Assembly (NCBI GenBank): GCA_963815195.1 | Contig: CAWFGE010000008.1 | Location: 160,001 to 224,000, forward strand | Origin: an uncultured Planctomycetaceae bacterium | GTDB lineage: Bacteria > Planctomycetota > Planctomycetia > Planctomycetales > Planctomycetaceae | DNA length: 64,000 nt | Direction: 5' to 3' | Shown here: positions 42,345 to 52,998 of the stretch, piece by piece | Numbering within the stretch: position 1 is the first letter of the stretch | How the letters are laid out: each line of letters opens with the position of its first letter | The notes under the pieces: generated by a model | Database searches by the model: none | Seen by the model: only the letters and a program-made list of their open reading frames with translations | What the model was told of the DNA's origin: nothing | Translations under genes and position numbers: made by a program

Positions 42345-42713
42345 CTATCTCCGCCTGCCTCGGGACTTCCTTTGCAAGCGGGAGATCTCTTCCTTAACCT
42401 GCTCCACCACAGCGACCACATTGTCGATGTCCGCGGCGGGGATGAACTCGGAGCAATAAAACTGTTTGCCTCCGGCCTTCCACCGCCCCACGCGAATCGC
42501 ATATTCCCCTTTCCGCCAACCACCGGCGGGAAAGATAATGCCGACCACGTTGTCTTCGAAACACCGCTTGATCTCTTGCGGGAGCGGTCCTTCGTGAAGC
42601 GGAAATCCACATTCGCGGCAGTAGCGTTCATCAATCCGCAAGGGGAAGATGAGCCTCCACGGCCACTTCAGTCGCCATCGTTTGCGTTGGTTTCGTGAGC
42701 GATACATGCTCAT
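42345..42713 (-). CDS. Hypothetical protein with CxxC and a PC4-like C-terminal half
   Basis: GGAGG RBS; YCRECG; YAIRVGRWKAGGKQFYCSEFIPAADI followed by a helix. Confidence 0.55.
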   Translation of the reverse strand: MSMYRSRNQRKRWRLKWPWRLIFPLRIDERYCRECGFPLHEGPLPQEIKRCFEDNVVGIIFPAGGWRKGEYAIRVGRWKAGGKQFYCSEFIPAADIDNVVAVVEQVKEEISRLQRKSRGRRR

Positions 42714-42757
42714 ACTGGTTACCTCCAGCGATTCGGCAGGCTGCGTTCCTTTGAACG

Positions 42758-43576
42758 TCAAGCCCACCTACGGTTACTCAGGTTCTTTGCCCGTTGTTTT
42801 TCCTTGCTCCGGGGCCGGGAGCGATCAAACCCATGCTGAGGGAGTCGAGAATTCCCTTCCTTTCCGTGGCTCGAATGAATCAGAGGGAGCAACTCCGGTT
42901 GAGCCACGACGTGAACCGGAATGTGCTTCACTTCAGGAAGGGAAATCAAGGCGTTCGCGATGCGGCGGGCTTTCGCCGGCAGCACGGTCAAGAGCGTGAT
43001 CTCAAACCGCCGAGCCTGGATCAGTGGCCGGAAGCCCGGCTGCCGCTGATGCAGGGCGATGTCTTCGCGCACCGACGCGATGATGCGGTCCCAACGGCCG
43101 CGATGACCGGCATCCACGCGGGCGAGGCCGATGCAACCGGGACCGGCGGGGTCGAGGTAATAGGTGCTACGCATCCCCGGACGGTGGAGGCCCGCGAATC
43201 GTCCGCTGAGATCGTCCGCCGTCAGCCGATACTTCGGTTGGGCCGACAAACAGCAGAAGAGGAGCAGGGCATATGCCCGAATTTTCGCACCTTCGGAAAG
43301 AGGTCCGGAACGAGTCCCATCCAGCCCGCAATGCTGGGCACCATTTTCGGTCAGGAACCAATAACGAGCCCCGTGATGCAGAGCCGCCGATGACAACATC
43401 CCGATGCCGCGGCATTGATCGAGCAGTCGACGGAGTCGGCGGGGACCAATGCCCGCGAACTCAGGCAACCGCGAGATCGCCGCAAACACCGAGAGGCGAT
43501 AGCGGGCAACATGCGCCAACAACGTCTCGATGGCGTGTTGGTTGTCCGTTTCGTTCGTGATCTTCAATGGAGACAT
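42758..43576 (-). CDS. Winged-helix protein, Replic_Relax-like (degenerate)
   Basis: GAGG RBS; wHTH-like N-terminus ending YWFLTENGA; directly follows the Replic_Relax-like ORF. Confidence 0.5.
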   Translation of the reverse strand: MSPLKITNETDNQHAIETLLAHVARYRLSVFAAISRLPEFAGIGPRRLRRLLDQCRGIGMLSSAALHHGARYWFLTENGAQHCGLDGTRSGPLSEGAKIRAYALLLFCCLSAQPKYRLTADDLSGRFAGLHRPGMRSTYYLDPAGPGCIGLARVDAGHRGRWDRIIASVREDIALHQRQPGFRPLIQARRFEITLLTVLPAKARRIANALISLPEVKHIPVHVVAQPELLPLIHSSHGKEGNSRLPQHGFDRSRPRSKEKQRAKNLSNRRWA

Positions 43577-43580
43577 GGCC

Positions 43581-44126
43581 TCACCACAGTTCGTAAGGAA
43601 GCGAGTCCGCTTCGCAGTGCTCGTGAAAACTCTGGATCTGAGCGGCGCTATATCGCCCCGCCGATTCGATGACTCGCAGTACCTTTCCGTCGCCATTGCA
43701 TAGGAAGGCATCCGGGTCCTTGATGCGATAGCCCGCTTTTGGCAGGCCATGCTCACCCACCCATGAGGCGGCAAGTCGCGGTTGCTGGACACGGTAGGCG
43801 GCGTAGACCGAGGCCAGCCGCAGATCGTGGTTGCGGTGTTCTCGCGGTGGGATGCCCCGGGCCGTACTGCCCAGCAGATTGGCGGTAAGCGGCGCTGCCA
43901 CACAGACCAGCACCGGCACCGCCGCTTTGGTCCAACGCGCTCGACACTGGGCGGCGAGGCGTTCGTTGTCAGGTTCATCACCACCCGGCTGCCAGTCAAA
44001 TAATGATCTGGTCACTGGCAACAGAGGATGCGCGTTGATGCGATGCATCTCCACGAGTTTCGCCGCTGCCAATCGTTCCAGCCGACGCCGAGCCTGCCGT
44101 TGGTTGTGCCCGCCCGGCCACCACAA
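43581..44126 (-). pseudogene. Replication-relaxation (Replic_Relax)-like PD-(D/E)xK protein, 5'-truncated
   Basis: NHDLRLASVY, WVGE, KDPDAFL and VIESAGRY. The N-terminus abuts the oppositely oriented recombinase fragment. Confidence 0.55.
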
Positions 44127-44666
44127 CTGAACGCCATCGACTGTTCAACGATCGGAGGCTTACGTGATCGTGCGCTGATCGGCTTGATGGTCTACAGCTT
44201 TGCCCGTGTCTCGGCGGCCATCGGCATGAACGTGGAGGACTACTATCCTCAAGGTCGTCGGATGTGGTTTCGCCTCCACGAGAAAGGCGGAAAACGCCAT
44301 GATGTTCCCGCCCATCACAACGCAATAGCGTACGTCGACGCTTATATGGAGGCCGCTGACATCACAAATGAAAAGAAGTCGCCGCTGTTTCGCACGATCT
44401 CGCGCTATCGTCGGCTCGCGCCGCGACGGATGCACCGAGCCGACGTGTTGAGGATGATCAAGCGGCGCGCTCGCAACACGGGGCTGCCGGAACACATCTG
44501 CTGCCATACGTTTCGAGCGACCGGAATCACAGCCTACTTGCTTTGCGGGGGACTGCTGGAACATGCTCAAAAAATCGCAGCGCACACCTCCGTCCGCACC
44601 ACGAAACTTTACGACCGAACCAGCGACGCCGTCAGCCTCGATGAGATCGAACGAATCGTCATCTGA
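44127..44666 (+). pseudogene. Tyrosine recombinase catalytic-domain fragment, 5'-truncated
   Basis: GLRDRALI..FARV, LHEKGGK, CHTFRATGIT and AAHTSVRTTKLYDR; no N-terminal domain or start. Confidence 0.85.
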
Positions 44667-44718
44667 CGGGCTCATCGTGCTCTGGCCTCCATCAACCCCA
44701 CCGCGAAGCGGTTTAGTT

Positions 44719-45002
44719 GTGTGCCCAGCATGTTTGATAGCTTGGGGGTGAAAGTCCCCTATCCAACCTGATGGAGGTGAAGGATTAGTGAATCGCAAGG
44801 GCGTCATTGCGAGGTGGCGTCTGAAGGCAGCGTGGATCAAAGCCGCGACCTGACGAACAGAAATCGGATACGAGGCATCCTGGGCCGGACGAGCGGGCAA
44901 CTGATCGCGAAGTCCATTTCCATCAAGGGTCCAGGCTGTAGATCCGGCAGGTGTGCGGGGAAAGCAATCAAACTTACCTGGGGAGGTCTGCGTTGTGTCC
45001 CC
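44719..45002 (+). ncRNA. Group II intron (class C-like) 5' fragment, mainly domain I
   Basis: Starts GTGTGCCCAGCATG, with GGGGTGAAAGTCCCCT, TCTGAAGGCAGC and CTTACCTGGGGAGGTCTG, just after a hairpin. No RT ORF or domain V is visible. Confidence 0.75.
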
Positions 45003-45043
45003 GACCACCGCATGATTTCAATGGCTAAAGCACATTCGAAAAA

Positions 45044-46588
45044 CTACCGTTCCACCGCCGAGCCCCCTTTTAAGCCACGTGCCACCACCGCTCGCTCCAC
45101 CCAATCGATCAGGAGTTGTAGAAGTACGGCAAGCAACGCCGCAGGTATCGCTCCCGCCAAGATCAGCTTGACATCGTTGAGCCGAATGCCGCGCAAGATT
45201 GGTTGCCCAAGCCCGCCGGCTCCGATGATCGCTCCCAAGGTCGCAAACCCGACGTTCTGTACCGCTGCCGTGCGAATACCAGCCAACATGACTGGAAGCG
45301 CCATCGGCAGTTCGATTTCGGCCAACTTCGCTGCTGGGCTCAGTCCCAATACGGTCGCCGACTCGATCGTGCCGCGGGGGATTCCTTCCAATCCGGTGAA
45401 CGTGTTCCTTACGATCGGGAACAGACAGTAGGCAAGCAGGGCGACAACGGCCGTTACCGATCCTTCGCCAACGCTGGGATAACCAAGGGCCCCCACTATC
45501 GGCATTAATAAAACCAACAACGCCAGCGAGGGGATTGTCTGCAATAGCCCGACGACCGCTAGCACAGCACGGCCAGTTCGTCGAAAGCGCTGGCAAAAGA
45601 TGCCCAATGCCATGCCGACCACGATGGCGGGCAACAACGAGCGCCGCACCAGGTCGAGATGCTCAGCCACATGCTGTAAGATGACGCGACTCCACGAGTC
45701 TTCCTTCGGCTCCGTATTCACTCCTAGCTGTGTGCGAAGAAATTCGACCGCCGCTTGCGACTCGGACCGCTCGCCTGACTCGACGGCGTCATTTAGTTCG
45801 CGCATCTTGGGCTCGGAGATTCTCCGTCCGAGCCGTTGGATGCCTGCAAGCATTTTGGGCTGACGCTCAGCCGTGTCTAACCGATATAGCCACACGGCGT
45901 CGTAGCGAGGAAAGAACTTCAGATCATCTTCCAACAGCACCAAGTCGTTGCGATGGACCATTGCGTCGGTCGAGTAAACGTCGGTCACGTCGATTTCGCC
46001 TGCCAAGAGTTGAGGATAGGCGACATCGTGATCAATTCCCACGACATTTCGCTGTGGCAAGTCGTAGCGTCGAGCGAGCGAACGCCACCCATCGCCGCGG
46101 TCGAGAAATTCGTGCGTCAATGCCAAACGCAACTCGTGCAAGCGCTGGAGATCAGAGATTTTTCTGATTCCCAAGTCCTCGGCGCGTTTCCTCGTGAGCG
46201 CGAGCGCGTAGCTGTTGCTAAAGCCCAATGGTTCGGAAATCCCGATTCCGCGAGCGTAGAGTTCTCGTCTCATGGCCTCGTCATCGGGCACCGCTTCCGC
46301 GGCCAAAATCTCGTGCACAATCGTGCCGGTGTATTCTGGGTAAGCGTCAATCTCGCCGGCCTGTAGCGCTTGGAACACGATCCGCGTCCCGCCAAATTCG
46401 CGATAGTGCGCGGCGCTCAGACCTGCATCGACGGCCAGCGATCGAAGCACTTCTCCCAAAATCACTGACTCCGTGAATTTTTTCGATCCGATGCGTATCG
46501 TCGCCTGTCGGTGCGGCAATGGTGAGAGCCCGGCAGCCAAAAGCGCCACGCACAGGGCTCCCCACTTTAGAATGGCGGTGTTTTTCAT
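45044..46588 (-). CDS. Quaternary-amine ABC transporter fused substrate-binding/permease protein (glycine betaine/ergothioneine-type)
   Basis: IGSKKFTESVILGE, YPEYTGT, QTIPSLAL and IGAGGLG. Confidence 0.9.
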   Translation of the reverse strand: MKNTAILKWGALCVALLAAGLSPLPHRQATIRIGSKKFTESVILGEVLRSLAVDAGLSAAHYREFGGTRIVFQALQAGEIDAYPEYTGTIVHEILAAEAVPDDEAMRRELYARGIGISEPLGFSNSYALALTRKRAEDLGIRKISDLQRLHELRLALTHEFLDRGDGWRSLARRYDLPQRNVVGIDHDVAYPQLLAGEIDVTDVYSTDAMVHRNDLVLLEDDLKFFPRYDAVWLYRLDTAERQPKMLAGIQRLGRRISEPKMRELNDAVESGERSESQAAVEFLRTQLGVNTEPKEDSWSRVILQHVAEHLDLVRRSLLPAIVVGMALGIFCQRFRRTGRAVLAVVGLLQTIPSLALLVLLMPIVGALGYPSVGEGSVTAVVALLAYCLFPIVRNTFTGLEGIPRGTIESATVLGLSPAAKLAEIELPMALPVMLAGIRTAAVQNVGFATLGAIIGAGGLGQPILRGIRLNDVKLILAGAIPAALLAVLLQLLIDWVERAVVARGLKGGSAVER

Positions 46589-47313
46589 TTGGTGACCATT
46601 TGCGAGTTGACAAAATCGCGCACGAAGTCATTGGTGGGATTGTTCACGATGCTCGCAAACGACCCCTGCTGAACAATTCGCCCGCTTTCAAGCACGCATA
46701 CCCGATCAGCGAACCAGCTTGCTTCCACCAGATCGTGGGTGACAAGCAACACCGTGGCACACGCGCGCTCAAACGCGACTTTCAGGTCACGTTGCAGGCC
46801 GGCACGAATCATTGGATCGAGTGCTCCCAGCGGCTCATCAAGCAGCAGCAAGTGCGGACTGAGAAAAAGCGCGCGCATCAGGCTGACCCGCTGCCGCTGC
46901 CCACCCGATAGCTCTATGGGGTAACGATTGAGGGCGTCCGGCGGGAATCGTGTCATCTCGACCAGCTCGGCCAATCGCCGGTCCCGTCGTCCGCGGGACC
47001 ATCTCTGATGGCGAGCCATAAGAGTCACATTTGCTGCGGCCGTCAAATGCGGAAACAAGCCGCCCTCTTGAATCACATAACCGAGTCGACGTCGTACGTC
47101 GGAAAGGGTGCGCTCATTCAGCACCAGGTCGTCTATGACAATTTGCCCTTCAGTGGCCTTCACCAGACCCGCGACCATTCGGAGAATCGTCGTCTTCCCG
47201 CAACCGCTCGGACCGAGCAACACGAGCACTTCGCCGGACTCTACCGTCAAATCGAAAGGCGGCACAACGGCTTTGTTTCCGTACGCCTTTGAAACTCCTG
47301 AGAATTGAAGCAT
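46585..47313 (-). CDS. Osmoprotectant-type ABC transporter ATP-binding protein
   Basis: GPSGCGKTT, GYVIQEGGLFPH, LSGGQRQR and LLDEPLGALDP. Confidence 0.92.
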   Translation of the reverse strand: MLQFSGVSKAYGNKAVVPPFDLTVESGEVLVLLGPSGCGKTTILRMVAGLVKATEGQIVIDDLVLNERTLSDVRRRLGYVIQEGGLFPHLTAAANVTLMARHQRWSRGRRDRRLAELVEMTRFPPDALNRYPIELSGGQRQRVSLMRALFLSPHLLLLDEPLGALDPMIRAGLQRDLKVAFERACATVLLVTHDLVEASWFADRVCVLESGRIVQQGSFASIVNNPTNDFVRDFVNSQMVTK

Positions 47314-47559
47314 GCTCGCACCTCTCGGACTTCATCATTATTTCGAGCCAGCGACGGCGTCCTTTGAGTCAGCGCGGGCAAGAGTGTTTCACAGACTTCA
47401 CAAGAACAATACGCCACTCCGGCAGCGACGACATGATCCTTTGGTATTGGTTTGCCGCCACCAATACTTAAGTTCAATAGCCTTCTTTCTTCGCCTTTTC
47501 TATCCTTCACCAACGCCCACCATAGGCTCTCTTATGCCATCGCAGGCTTGAAGGTACCA

Positions 47560-48822
47560 ATGTCTCGTCTCAACACGCAATTCCAAACCGTGCGGTCGAT
47601 GACTTCTTCTCTTGCCGCCAGTCTTTCCGCTGAGGACCAAATGGTCCAATCATGCCCAGACGCCAGCCCGGTCAAATGGCACCAGGCTCATACCACATGG
47701 TTCTTTGAGACCTTCGTGTTACGCGACTTTCTGACAGGCTACAAACCCTTTTGCGAACAGTTCCGTTGGCTCTTCAATAGCTATTACAACGCGGTCGGGG
47801 ATGAGATTCCGGAAAAGAAGCTGCGCGCTTCTTTCGCCCGCCCTTCACTTGATACGGTCGTCGCGTTCCGGGTGTACGTTGACCAGGAGATGGAGAAACT
47901 CCTCGCGCGCCCCGTTGATGACGAGCCGTCACGGCGGATCATTTTGGGCTTGAACCACGAGCAGCAGCACCAGGAACTCGCACTCACTGACATTAAGCAC
48001 GCGCTTTTCTCGAATCCCCTTCATCCTTCGTATGCTGCTGGCCCCCTCTCGGAAGTGTGTGATATTGCAGTCCCCAAATTCGAATGGCACACCTTCAGCG
48101 AAGGATTGATTGAGATCGGTCATCCGCTTTACGCGGATAATCCTCTGGAGTTTTGCTTTGATAACGAAGCTCCTCGACACAAGGTTTACTTGGAATCGTT
48201 TCAGATCGCAAACCGCGAGGTCACGTGCGGTGAGTACCTGGAATTCATGTCGGATGGCGCGTACTCACGTCCTGAATTCTGGCTTTCTGCAGGTTGGGAA
48301 ACTGTGAAGAACGCGAGTTGGCAAGCTCCCCTTTATTGGCAACATGATGCCGACGATGAGACTGGCTGGCGAGTCTTCACGCTGAGGGGCTGGACCGGAC
48401 TATCTGCGCTACTCGATGTGCCGGTATGCCACATCAGCTTTTTCGAGGCCGATGCCTTTGCACGCTGGCGGGGTCGCCGACTTCCGACGGAAGCCGAATG
48501 GGAATGCGTCGCGAGCCAATCGCCCCTACACGGGAATTTTCTCGACACAGGAAGACTGCATCCCGCAAAGGCCCTCGGTGCGGGCGTTCAGCAACTATTC
48601 GGGGACTGTTGGGAATGGACGGCCAGCGCTTACACCGGCTATCCGGGATACAAGCCCCTTCCAGGAGCGCTGGGCGAATATAACGGCAAGTTTATGTCCG
48701 GCCAGATGGTTCTGCGCGGAGGGTCCTGCGTCACACCGGCGAATCATGTGCGGGCGACTTATCGCAACTTCTTTCAACCGGCGACTCGGTGGCAGTTCAC
48801 TGGCTTACGTTTGGCATTTTAG
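47560..48822 (+). CDS. egtB: Ergothioneine biosynthesis sulfoxide synthase EgtB
   Basis: SPVKWHQAHTTWFFE, NHEQQHQEL, FDNE, RLPTEAEWE, GEYNGKFM and RATYRNFF. Confidence 0.9.
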   Translation: MSRLNTQFQTVRSMTSSLAASLSAEDQMVQSCPDASPVKWHQAHTTWFFETFVLRDFLTGYKPFCEQFRWLFNSYYNAVGDEIPEKKLRASFARPSLDTVVAFRVYVDQEMEKLLARPVDDEPSRRIILGLNHEQQHQELALTDIKHALFSNPLHPSYAAGPLSEVCDIAVPKFEWHTFSEGLIEIGHPLYADNPLEFCFDNEAPRHKVYLESFQIANREVTCGEYLEFMSDGAYSRPEFWLSAGWETVKNASWQAPLYWQHDADDETGWRVFTLRGWTGLSALLDVPVCHISFFEADAFARWRGRRLPTEAEWECVASQSPLHGNFLDTGRLHPAKALGAGVQQLFGDCWEWTASAYTGYPGYKPLPGALGEYNGKFMSGQMVLRGGSCVTPANHVRATYRNFFQPATRWQFTGLRLAF

Positions 48823-48837
48823 AAAGGTGTCACTTAC

Positions 48838-49836
48838 ATGATTGCGAGCACTATCGCATTCGACTTGGAGCGCCCCTCTTCGTTGAATACGCGCGAAATG
48901 TTGATCTGGGAAGTTCAGCGCGGCTTGCTCGGGCGTCCCCGCTCTCTTGCGCCGTGGATGTTCTACGACGCGCACGGCTCCCGCATCTTCGAACGCATCA
49001 CGCAGCTCCCAGAGTACTACCCCACGCGCACAGAACGTAACATCCTGTTGTGCTTTTGCGATGCCATCATCGCCGCCGCTTGTCCTGACAAATCAAAAGC
49101 TGTGCGCCTTGTGGAGCTGGGAGCGGGCACCGCCTCGAAGACCAGCATCCTGCTCGATGCCGCCGCGAGATTGCAGAGTGATGTGCTGTACGCACCGGTG
49201 GATGTATCTTCCGACGCTCTTGACGTAGCTCGCGAGACGATCGCAACCTTGTTGCCTGAGGTATACATATCGCCAATTGTAGCGAACTATGTGACGCATC
49301 CGCCGCGGCTCGAATCCTTCGACGGAGTAACGCTGGGATTATACATCGGCTCGAGTATCGGCAACTTCGCACCCAGAGAGGCGAGAACGATTCTGCGGAA
49401 TCTTAGAAGTCAACTGCAGGTCGGTGATGCACTATTGTTAGGAGTAGACATGGTGAAAAACGAGCCGACTCTGGTGGCTGCCTATGATGACGGAGACGGG
49501 GTCACGGCAGAATTCAACCTCAACATGCTGCATCGCCTCAATCGAGAGCTTGGTGCTGATTTTGATCCCGCGAGGTTCCGCCATCGCGTTCTCTGGAATC
49601 TCGTGCAGTCACGCATTGAGATGCACCTTGAAAGCACTCGTGACCAGAATGTACGCATCGCTGCCGCAGGCCTGGATGTTCATTTCGCAAAAGGCGAACG
49701 CATTCATACCGAGTACAGCTACAAGTTCACGGATGAGACCATTCGCATTCTTCTTAGAGACGCGGGCTTTGAGGGCGAATGCACATGGACAGATGAGCGT
49801 GAATGGTATTCCGTTACGCTCGCTCGCGTCCGGTAA
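48838..49836 (+). CDS. egtD: L-histidine N-alpha-methyltransferase EgtD
   Basis: FYD..GSRIFE, PEYYPTRTE, VELGAG, GSSIGN, AYDD..GVT..FNLN, RIEMHL and TEYSYKF. Confidence 0.93.
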   Translation: MIASTIAFDLERPSSLNTREMLIWEVQRGLLGRPRSLAPWMFYDAHGSRIFERITQLPEYYPTRTERNILLCFCDAIIAAACPDKSKAVRLVELGAGTASKTSILLDAAARLQSDVLYAPVDVSSDALDVARETIATLLPEVYISPIVANYVTHPPRLESFDGVTLGLYIGSSIGNFAPREARTILRNLRSQLQVGDALLLGVDMVKNEPTLVAAYDDGDGVTAEFNLNMLHRLNRELGADFDPARFRHRVLWNLVQSRIEMHLESTRDQNVRIAAAGLDVHFAKGERIHTEYSYKFTDETIRILLRDAGFEGECTWTDEREWYSVTLARVR

Positions 49837-49976
49837 CCCTCTACCACCGCCGCCATATCGTTGTATCGACAAAACCTCGTACTTGTCGCTCTGGCACCGT
49901 AAGGTAGCCAGCATAACGACATCCCCATCGAATGCATCACGGGCTGCATCGTCGTTTCTTTCGTAGAAGGCACCCT

Positions 49977-51366
49977 ATGGCACCGCAACGCTTTGACGCG
50001 ATTGTTATAGGCTCCGGCCAAGCGGGAAAGCCAATGGCCCTCGACTTGGGCGGCGCTGGTCGCCGGACGGCCGTCATCGAGCGGGAGCATGTCGGCGGCA
50101 CCTGTGTCAACGTAGGCTGCACACCGACGAAAACCATGGTCGCCAGCGCGCGCATAGCTTATTTGACCCGGCGCGCCGCCGACTACGGCATTCGCTGCGG
50201 AACTGTCGGCGTTGACATGGCTCAAGTCCGCGAGCGCAAGCAGGCAATCGTGGACGACTTTCGCGCTGGGGTGCAGCGTCGCTTGGAGGATGCTGAGAAC
50301 GTCGAGCTCATTTTCGGCGAAGGGCGTTTCACCGGTCCCAACGTCGTGGAGGTACGGCTCACCGTCGGCGGCACGCGGACATTGACTGCCGACGCTATTT
50401 TCATCAATACCGGCGCTCGGCCGGCACGACCCCGCATCGCCGGACTCGATTCCGTGAGAGCTCTCGACTCCACTTCGATCATGGAATTACAAGAGCTGCC
50501 AGAACATTTGCTGGTTCTCGGCGGCGGCTACATTGGTCTGGAATTCGGCCAGATGTTTCGTCGCTTCGGTAGCGCCGTCACCATCGTGCAGCGCGGTAAG
50601 CAACTCTTGGGTCGAGAGGATCCGGACGTTGCTACGGAAGTTTGCAAGCTGCTTCAGATGGATGGGATCGAGATCTTGCTCGAAACCGAAGTGGTCGGCG
50701 TACATGCCGGCGCTTCCGGCGTCGGGTTAAGGCTACGTGGCCCTATTGGGGGCGCGACCCTCGTCGGGTCCCACCTCTTAATCGCCGCGGGGCGAGTGCC
50801 GAATAGCGAGCAACTCGCGCTCGACCACCGCCGGTGTGAACGTTGACGTCCGTGGCTTCATCCAGGTAGACGACCGGCTGGAGACCAACGTCCCCGGTAT
50901 CTACGCTTTGGGGGACGTCAAAGGCGGCCCGGCATTCACGCACATCGCGTATGACGACTATCGCATCGTTCGCAACAATCTGCTTCGTGGCGGGCAGTCG
51001 TCGACGAGAGATCGACTGGTCCCGTACATAGTGTACATCGACCCACAACTCGGTCGGATCGGCCTGACGGAACATGAGGCACGGGCACAGGGCCGCGCGA
51101 TTCGAGTCGCCAAGATCCCGATGACCTGGGTGGCCCGGGCAGTGGAAACGGCCGAATCACGCGGCTTCATCAAGGCCGTTGTCGATGGCGAGAGCCGGCA
51201 GATCCTTGGGGCCGCCGTTTTAGCCGTCGAAGGCGGAGAGATCATGTCGATGCTTCAGATAGCCATGATGGGGAAGATCCCCTACACCGCACTCGAAGAC
51301 GGCATTTTCGCGCACCCGGCCCTTGCGGAGGGATTGAACACGTTGTTCATGAACATGGAAAAATAA
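49977..51366 (+). CDS. Pyridine nucleotide-disulfide oxidoreductase (RclA/MerA-related; apparent frameshift near 50830)
   Basis: [33 protein letters not shown] and HPALAEG; no C-terminal Cys-Cys pair. Confidence 0.88.
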
Positions 51367-51547
51367 GCTTAGCCTTCTAACACTGCCATCGACCAAGGAG
51401 CCTGTGGCGCGACGGTGGACGGAAGGAGGCTATGGAAGGAGCGGAGGCTCAATTTCGATGGCAACGCGCAAGGCGATCTGCAGGCCCGAACGAGGAGACC
51501 TAAGTTCGTGATCCCACAACAACAATGAATCTTCAAAGGAGAACACA

Positions 51548-52099
51548 ATGAGTACCTTAGGCAAATCGAAGCGGAAGCAGGAGTTGAAGGACCTTCAACG
51601 GATGCCGTTGAGCACACCGACCGACCTGCCGCCCGAGGCGACGCGCGACGTCACCGGCGCCATGAATGGCCTTCTCGCGGATGTCTTCACGCTCTACCTG
51701 AAGACGAAGAACTTCCACTGGCACCTGAGCGGGCCACATTTTCGCGAATATCACTTGATGTTCGACGAACAGGGCGACCAAATCTTCGCGATGACGGATC
51801 CGATCGCCGAGCGAGTCCGCAAAATCGGCGGCTCTACCATCAAGTCGATCGGCCACATCGCGCGCCTGCAGCGAGTCCTCGACAATGACGCCGATTACGT
51901 CGATCCGGAGGACATGCTCGCTGAACTTTGCGAGGACAACAAGACTCTGACGGCGCGGCTGCGTGAAGCACACAACGTCTGCAATGAGCACCGCGATTTT
52001 GCCACCACCAGCCTGATCGAAAACTGGATCGACGAGACGGAGCGGCGGACCTGGTTTCTATTCGAGGCGAGTCGGCGTGAGATGACGACCGGGCATTGA
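51548..52099 (+). CDS. dps: DNA starvation/stationary phase protection protein
   Basis: KTKNFHWHLSGPHFREYHLMFDEQ and DPIAERV. Confidence 0.93.
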   Translation: MSTLGKSKRKQELKDLQRMPLSTPTDLPPEATRDVTGAMNGLLADVFTLYLKTKNFHWHLSGPHFREYHLMFDEQGDQIFAMTDPIAERVRKIGGSTIKSIGHIARLQRVLDNDADYVDPEDMLAELCEDNKTLTARLREAHNVCNEHRDFATTSLIENWIDETERRTWFLFEASRREMTTGH

Positions 52100-52162
52100 A
52101 AATCGCAAGCGATTCGACACATACATTCCCAACCTTACAACACGAAATCAAGGAGTATTACA

Positions 52163-52837
52163 ATGAAGATCCTCATGGTTCTGACCTCCCACGACAAGCT
52201 TGGCGATACGGGCCGCCAGACCGGCTTCTGGCTTGAGGAATTCGCCGCCCCCTATTTCACGTTTCTCGACGCCGGAGCCACCGTGACCGTCGCTTCACCC
52301 AAAGGGGGACAACCGCCCCTTGACCCAGTCAGCGACACGCCCGAGGGCCAGACTGACCTGACGCGGCGTTTCAAGCAAGATCTCGCAGCCCAGGCGGTGC
52401 TGGCAAACACTGCGCGGCTCTCCGGCGTCAAGGCCGCGGATTACGACGCGGTCTTCTATCCCGGTGGCCACGGACCAATGTGGGACCTGGCCGAGGACGC
52501 GCGTTCCATCGCCCTCATCGAGGACTTCTACAACTCCGGCAAACCCGTCGCCGCGGTTTGCCACGCGCCCGGCGTGCTCCATCGTGTCCAGTTCCAGGGC
52601 CAGCCGCTCGTGAAGGGCAAGCGGGTGACGGGCTTCACCAACGGCGAGGAGGAAGCGATCCAACTCACCAAGATCGTGCCGTTCCTTGTTGAGGACGAGT
52701 CGAAGCGCCTCGGTGGGCTCTATGAAAAGGTAGCCAACTGGGTCCCCTTCGTCGTCACCGACGGGAAGCTTGTCACCGGGCAGAATCCAGCCTCGTCCAA
52801 GCTAGGGGCCGAGGCGCTGTTAAAGCTTATGGTCTGA
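52163..52837 (+). CDS. DJ-1/PfpI family (Hsp31-like) protein
   Basis: TGFWLEE, YPGGHGPMWDL, AVCHAP and TGQNPAS. Confidence 0.92.
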   Translation: MKILMVLTSHDKLGDTGRQTGFWLEEFAAPYFTFLDAGATVTVASPKGGQPPLDPVSDTPEGQTDLTRRFKQDLAAQAVLANTARLSGVKAADYDAVFYPGGHGPMWDLAEDARSIALIEDFYNSGKPVAAVCHAPGVLHRVQFQGQPLVKGKRVTGFTNGEEEAIQLTKIVPFLVEDESKRLGGLYEKVANWVPFVVTDGKLVTGQNPASSKLGAEALLKLMV

Positions 52838-52998
52838 GCGAAACCGGCCGTCCGCGATTTCGACGTGGCCTGTTTGTCCGACTCGAACGCGGTAGGAGAG
52901 TCGTTCAGACGGACATGTGAAAAACTGCAGTACTGCTGGAATGGCCGGCCACTCCGATATTCCCAACACTCCCAACGATTCGATGGAAAGAGCGAACG

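Noticed and set aside
49977..51366. Mercuric reductase MerA / mercury resistance
   Set aside because: No C-terminal Cys-Cys pair, no NmerA domain and no merR/T/P genes nearby.
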